From Octopus bimaculoides (lineage: Eukaryota), in NCBI RefSeq assembly GCF_001194135.2, contig NC_068983.1:79256963-79320962 (forward strand): DNA of 64,000 nt, read 5' to 3'. Of the stretch, positions 60,640-64,000 are shown piece after piece (position 1 is the stretch's first letter; every line of letters begins with the position of its first letter). The notes under the pieces were generated by a model. That model did not search any database, was not told the origin of the DNA, and saw only the letters and a program-made list of their open reading frames with translations. Both the position numbers and the translations under genes were made by a program.

Positions 60640-60840
60640 CAAACAAAGACAGACAAAGGGATTAAGTCGATTACATCGACTTCCCCAGTGCATTACTGGT
60701 ACTTATTTAATTGACCCCAGAAGAACGAAAAGCAAAGTCGGCCTTTGTGGAGTTTGAACTCAGAACGTAATGGCAGATGAAATACCGCTAATCATTTTGC
60801 TCAGCATGCTAATGATTCTGCCAGCTTGCCACTCTAACTT
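60640..60840 (-). mobile_element. Family B SINE
   Basis: Reverse complement of the family B core and head. Confidence 0.75.
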
Positions 60841-61384
60841 AATATAACTTCATAACTTAATATTGAGCCTACAAGGGAGCTTCTGCTTGGCCACCCAACA
60901 TTTTGGGAATAGCAGCCAGTCTTACTTAAATCATGCCTGTAGAAAAAAAAAGTATAGTGCAATGATTTTATAATCCTTAATGTTCCTAAAAAGAGAGGTT
61001 GATTAACTGGATTGGCTTACAAAATCACAAGTTTATTAATCATGGTTGACTTGAGCCTGTGAACATTAGACACTTTACTGGTTTTTGTTAACTTTAAAAG
61101 ATCAAGCTATCAGAACAAACTTTTATAAAGACATAAGATTCTTTAACTCTCTTGAGTGAAAAATTAGTATAATGCTGGATAAAAATATTCCAAACAGTGG
61201 AATGTTTCATGTCTTGAGGAAAAAGAGAATTTAACATTTATGATGTTGCTTCTTTGCGGTTCTAATACTAGGATGCAAAATTGAAGCCTTGCTATATATA
61301 ATTATATTCCTTTTCATGCTGAGCTGAATCCTCCTCATCCCAAGCTTGACTTAACCTTTTATCTCATCTACATGAAAGACAGTA

Positions 61385-61713
61385 ATAATAATTCTTTCTA
61401 CTAAAGGCACAAGGCCTGAAATTTGGGGGAGGAGGATAGTTGACAACATCGTCATCAGTACTCAACTGGTACTTATTTTATTGATCTCAAGAGGATGAAA
61501 GGCAAAGTCAACATTGGTGGAATTTGAATTCAGAACATTAAGATGTTGTGCCTAAATTAGAAACTATTATTATTGTTGTTATTATTATTTCAAATTCTCA
61601 CAAGGTCAACTTTGCCTTTCATCTTTTCAGGGTCAGTAAAATAACCCCAGTTGAGCACTGGGGTTGATGTAATCAGCTTACCCTTCCCTTGAAATTGCTG
61701 GTCTAGTGTCAGA

Positions 61714-61720
<7 letters not shown>
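61385..61720. mobile_element. Head-to-head inverted pair of family B SINEs
   Basis: Minus copy about 61385-61550 and plus copy about 61590-61720. Confidence 0.75.
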
Positions 61721-61758
<38 letters not shown>

Positions 61759-62954
61759 GGTAGTGAATAGCAGAATTGGCATAGCATCAGACAAAATACC
61801 TTGTGAGATTTATTTTCATCTCCTTGTTTTCAGTTCAAATTCCATTGAAGCTATTTTTTTTTTTTTTTCATCTTTTGGGTTCCATAAGATAAATACCAAT
61901 TAAATACTGCGATTGATTTAATTGACTGCGTGCACCTCCCAAATTTGCGGTCTTGTGCTGAAGTTAAAAATTGTTATTATTATCATTATTATTTTCACTA
62001 TTATCATTCTTACTACCCACCTGCATTCATTTTCTTGTTTCATTGAAAGCGCTAATCTTCTATGCTTAACATCAAGTTGCTGGCAGATGTTCTTCTTTAC
62101 TGATTTTGTCTGGTTTGATGCCAATAAGAAAAAAAAAAAAGAAAAGAAAAAAACTGTTAGATCAAGAAGGCAAAATACAAGGAAAGTTAAGTTGTTATCA
62201 TTTTTATGATGTCTGAATGGTATATTTTGTGTTTGTAATCATTCTCCCTTTATCTAAACTATGCTCATTTATCGCAACAGTTTTCATCAAAATTTCCTAT
62301 TTTTAAAAGAATTTTGTAGTTTGGTTTGATAAGCTAATTTTACCATTTGATTTGTCTTTACAATTTTCATGTCTGTTCTCTTCACACAAAACAGAATAAA
62401 ATAAAGCAAAAAAAAAAAATAATAATAATAATAATGCATAAATAAAACCTGTATTAGATGAGTCTTCAAATACATTTTCTTTTCCAAAATTAATTACAGA
62501 CAATCTCATTTTGATGTACAAATTTGTAAAAGCTTAATCTTTAGTATTGAACTGTGAATCTCAGTAAACATGATAGAAGCCTGTCATATGTACAACTAAT
62601 TAAGTTTCTGCCTGCAAAATTTTACTCTCAAGGTTTTAGAGAAGCAGCAACTGTGGTAGAAGAAACTTGCCAAAGGTGCAACACATTGGGATCAAAGTGG
62701 GAACTATTTGGTTGCAAAGTGAACATCTTAACCACACAAACATACTTTCACCTTATATAATTACTCTCCTCCAAGCTTTCAGTGGCTTACCTCTTTCTCA
62801 CTTAGTCTTCATTACTGTCTATTTAGTGTTTGCTTATACATTTTGGACTTCTGTTGGTTACAGTGACTGCAAAATACTGAGTGATTGTCAGGCTTGACAA
62901 TTTTTCTGAAACTGTTGGCTTTTAGTTACTTCATTTTTTTTTTTTTTTTACGGT

Positions 62955-63340
62955 GGTCCAACAACAGTGAGGTATTGCTCTTGCATTTGGAACAGTGTTG
63001 TTACTAACATGCTAGACCACATCTAAAGAAAGACCACTCCACTGATTGTCATGTAGTTGCTCACCAGCACACACCAACCACTGGTCCACAGACATGTTAC
63101 TTTGTCATTTTACCTTCTTTATCACTATTGAAGTGGCATCTCTTTTTCAGAGCCAGCTGGTCTCCTGTCACCTCTGCCCAGGATTACTTACTCCTCCTCT
63201 TCACGTCACATGTCTTGCTTCCTGATATGACCTAAGTCCCTGCTCTAACCATTATATCAGACCCTTTCTTTCCACAACATTGTTCCTTTCTTGCCCTTGT
63301 TTTTCCTTCAGTTGCTCACCATACCAGCCTCATTGTGCCT
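62955..63340 (+). mobile_element. Jockey/CR1-group LINE 3' ORF fragment
   Basis: 'RYCSCIWN...LDHI*RKTTPLI...LTSTHQPLVHRHV...SEPAGLLSP...NHYIRPFL' aligns with the 'MEYCSHIW...LDRIQRKA...LQPLxHRR...HYxxSF' C-terminus. Confidence 0.7.
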
Positions 63341-63739
63341 GTGAAGGTCAGGGCCCTGCCATTTTTTTCACACCAAACTATAAAAATGAGTGGGAAAAAA
63401 AGTTCCTCTTTATATATTTCTTAACTGATATGTCTTTGCAGAAAGCTTTGACTTTCTTCTAGTTCTTATAATTATACTTATTTAAAATGTTAGCTTTGTT
63501 CTTCGTGGTCTCAAATGCTAGGCCACTTTTCACCATTTTTCAAACTCTGTTGTTAATGAAATCAAGGTTGACACCACATAATCCATAATAGATTTGATGA
63601 TAAAGAAAAGTAATTGAAATAAGAAATCTCCTAAACTTTCAGCTCTTCAGTGTCTCTTCCATAAACCTATATTTCTCACTGATCCTGAGGAGCTCTCATG
63701 GGAACATTCTTTCACACCAAGCTCCCTTGTGGTCATATC

Positions 63740-64000
63740 ATCTGTCTGTCTGTGTGTGTGAATCCCTAAAACTCGAGAACTACGCAACCAATTTCATTCA
63801 AATTTTACAGATGCCTTACTTAGGGTTCCAGTTGTGTTTTAGTCAAAATAAATTTTTAACTTCTTGCAGAGTTCGAGCCCACGGCAACATAATATCTCCT
63901 CCATTATTTAAGTATTACGTGTCAAAAGTGAAACAAAAACACTCATGTCAAATACTTTCACTTTAAAAATGAAACTATTCCACTAGCTGAAACAATCACA
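63740..64000 (+). mobile_element. Probable non-autonomous Helitron/Helentron-like element, cut by window edge
   Basis: 'tctgtctgtctgtgtgtgtgaatccctaaaactcgagaactacgcaaccaatttcattcaaatttt' has the microsatellite plus 'accaatttca..caaattt' layout of DINE/HINE-like elements and keeps its CpGs. Confidence 0.5.

Noticed and set aside
77-63966. Many ORFs rich in YI/IY, HT/TH, CV/VC, poly-I/L/H or X
   Set aside because: They are translations of (TA)n, (CA)n, (ATT)n and (CAT)n microsatellites, N gaps and SINE bodies.

Overview
AT-rich eukaryotic DNA, very probably octopus. This is inferred from the tRNA-headed SINE families, the dense (TA)n/(CA)n/(AAT)n microsatellites, and three N-gaps that each sit against a (TA)n tract. 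I found no host protein-coding exon I can support, no rRNA, no intact tRNA and no CRISPR array, so the window looks intronic or intergenic. Nearly all long ORFs in the track are microsatellite translations, SINE read-through or decayed transposase/RT pieces. Recognisable mobile elements: a full-length decayed Tigger/pogo transposon (8004-10358); a 5'-truncated R4/Dong-type RLE LINE (12146-14530) fused to a SINE 5' half; a Buster/ZBED5-type hAT fossil (about 37316-41054) holding a SINE and a Helitron helicase fragment; a hAT MITE with a perfect 8-bp TSD; a deleted mariner; piggyBac-like MITEs; RTE, CR1/Jockey and Penelope-like scraps; and dozens of SINEs, which I label families A-F for this window only. 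Most interesting: a ~470-bp palindrome made of a tRNA-like Pol III head plus two Penelope-type hammerhead-ribozyme arms (21385-21852); a SINE flanked by a ~220-bp target duplication (57882-58541); the SINE-LINE chimera; a tandem pair of long hairpins with a compensatory change (60227-60435); and an old local inverted duplication (41.6-47.1 kb). Coordinates of degenerate repeats are approximate and all alignments were done by eye.
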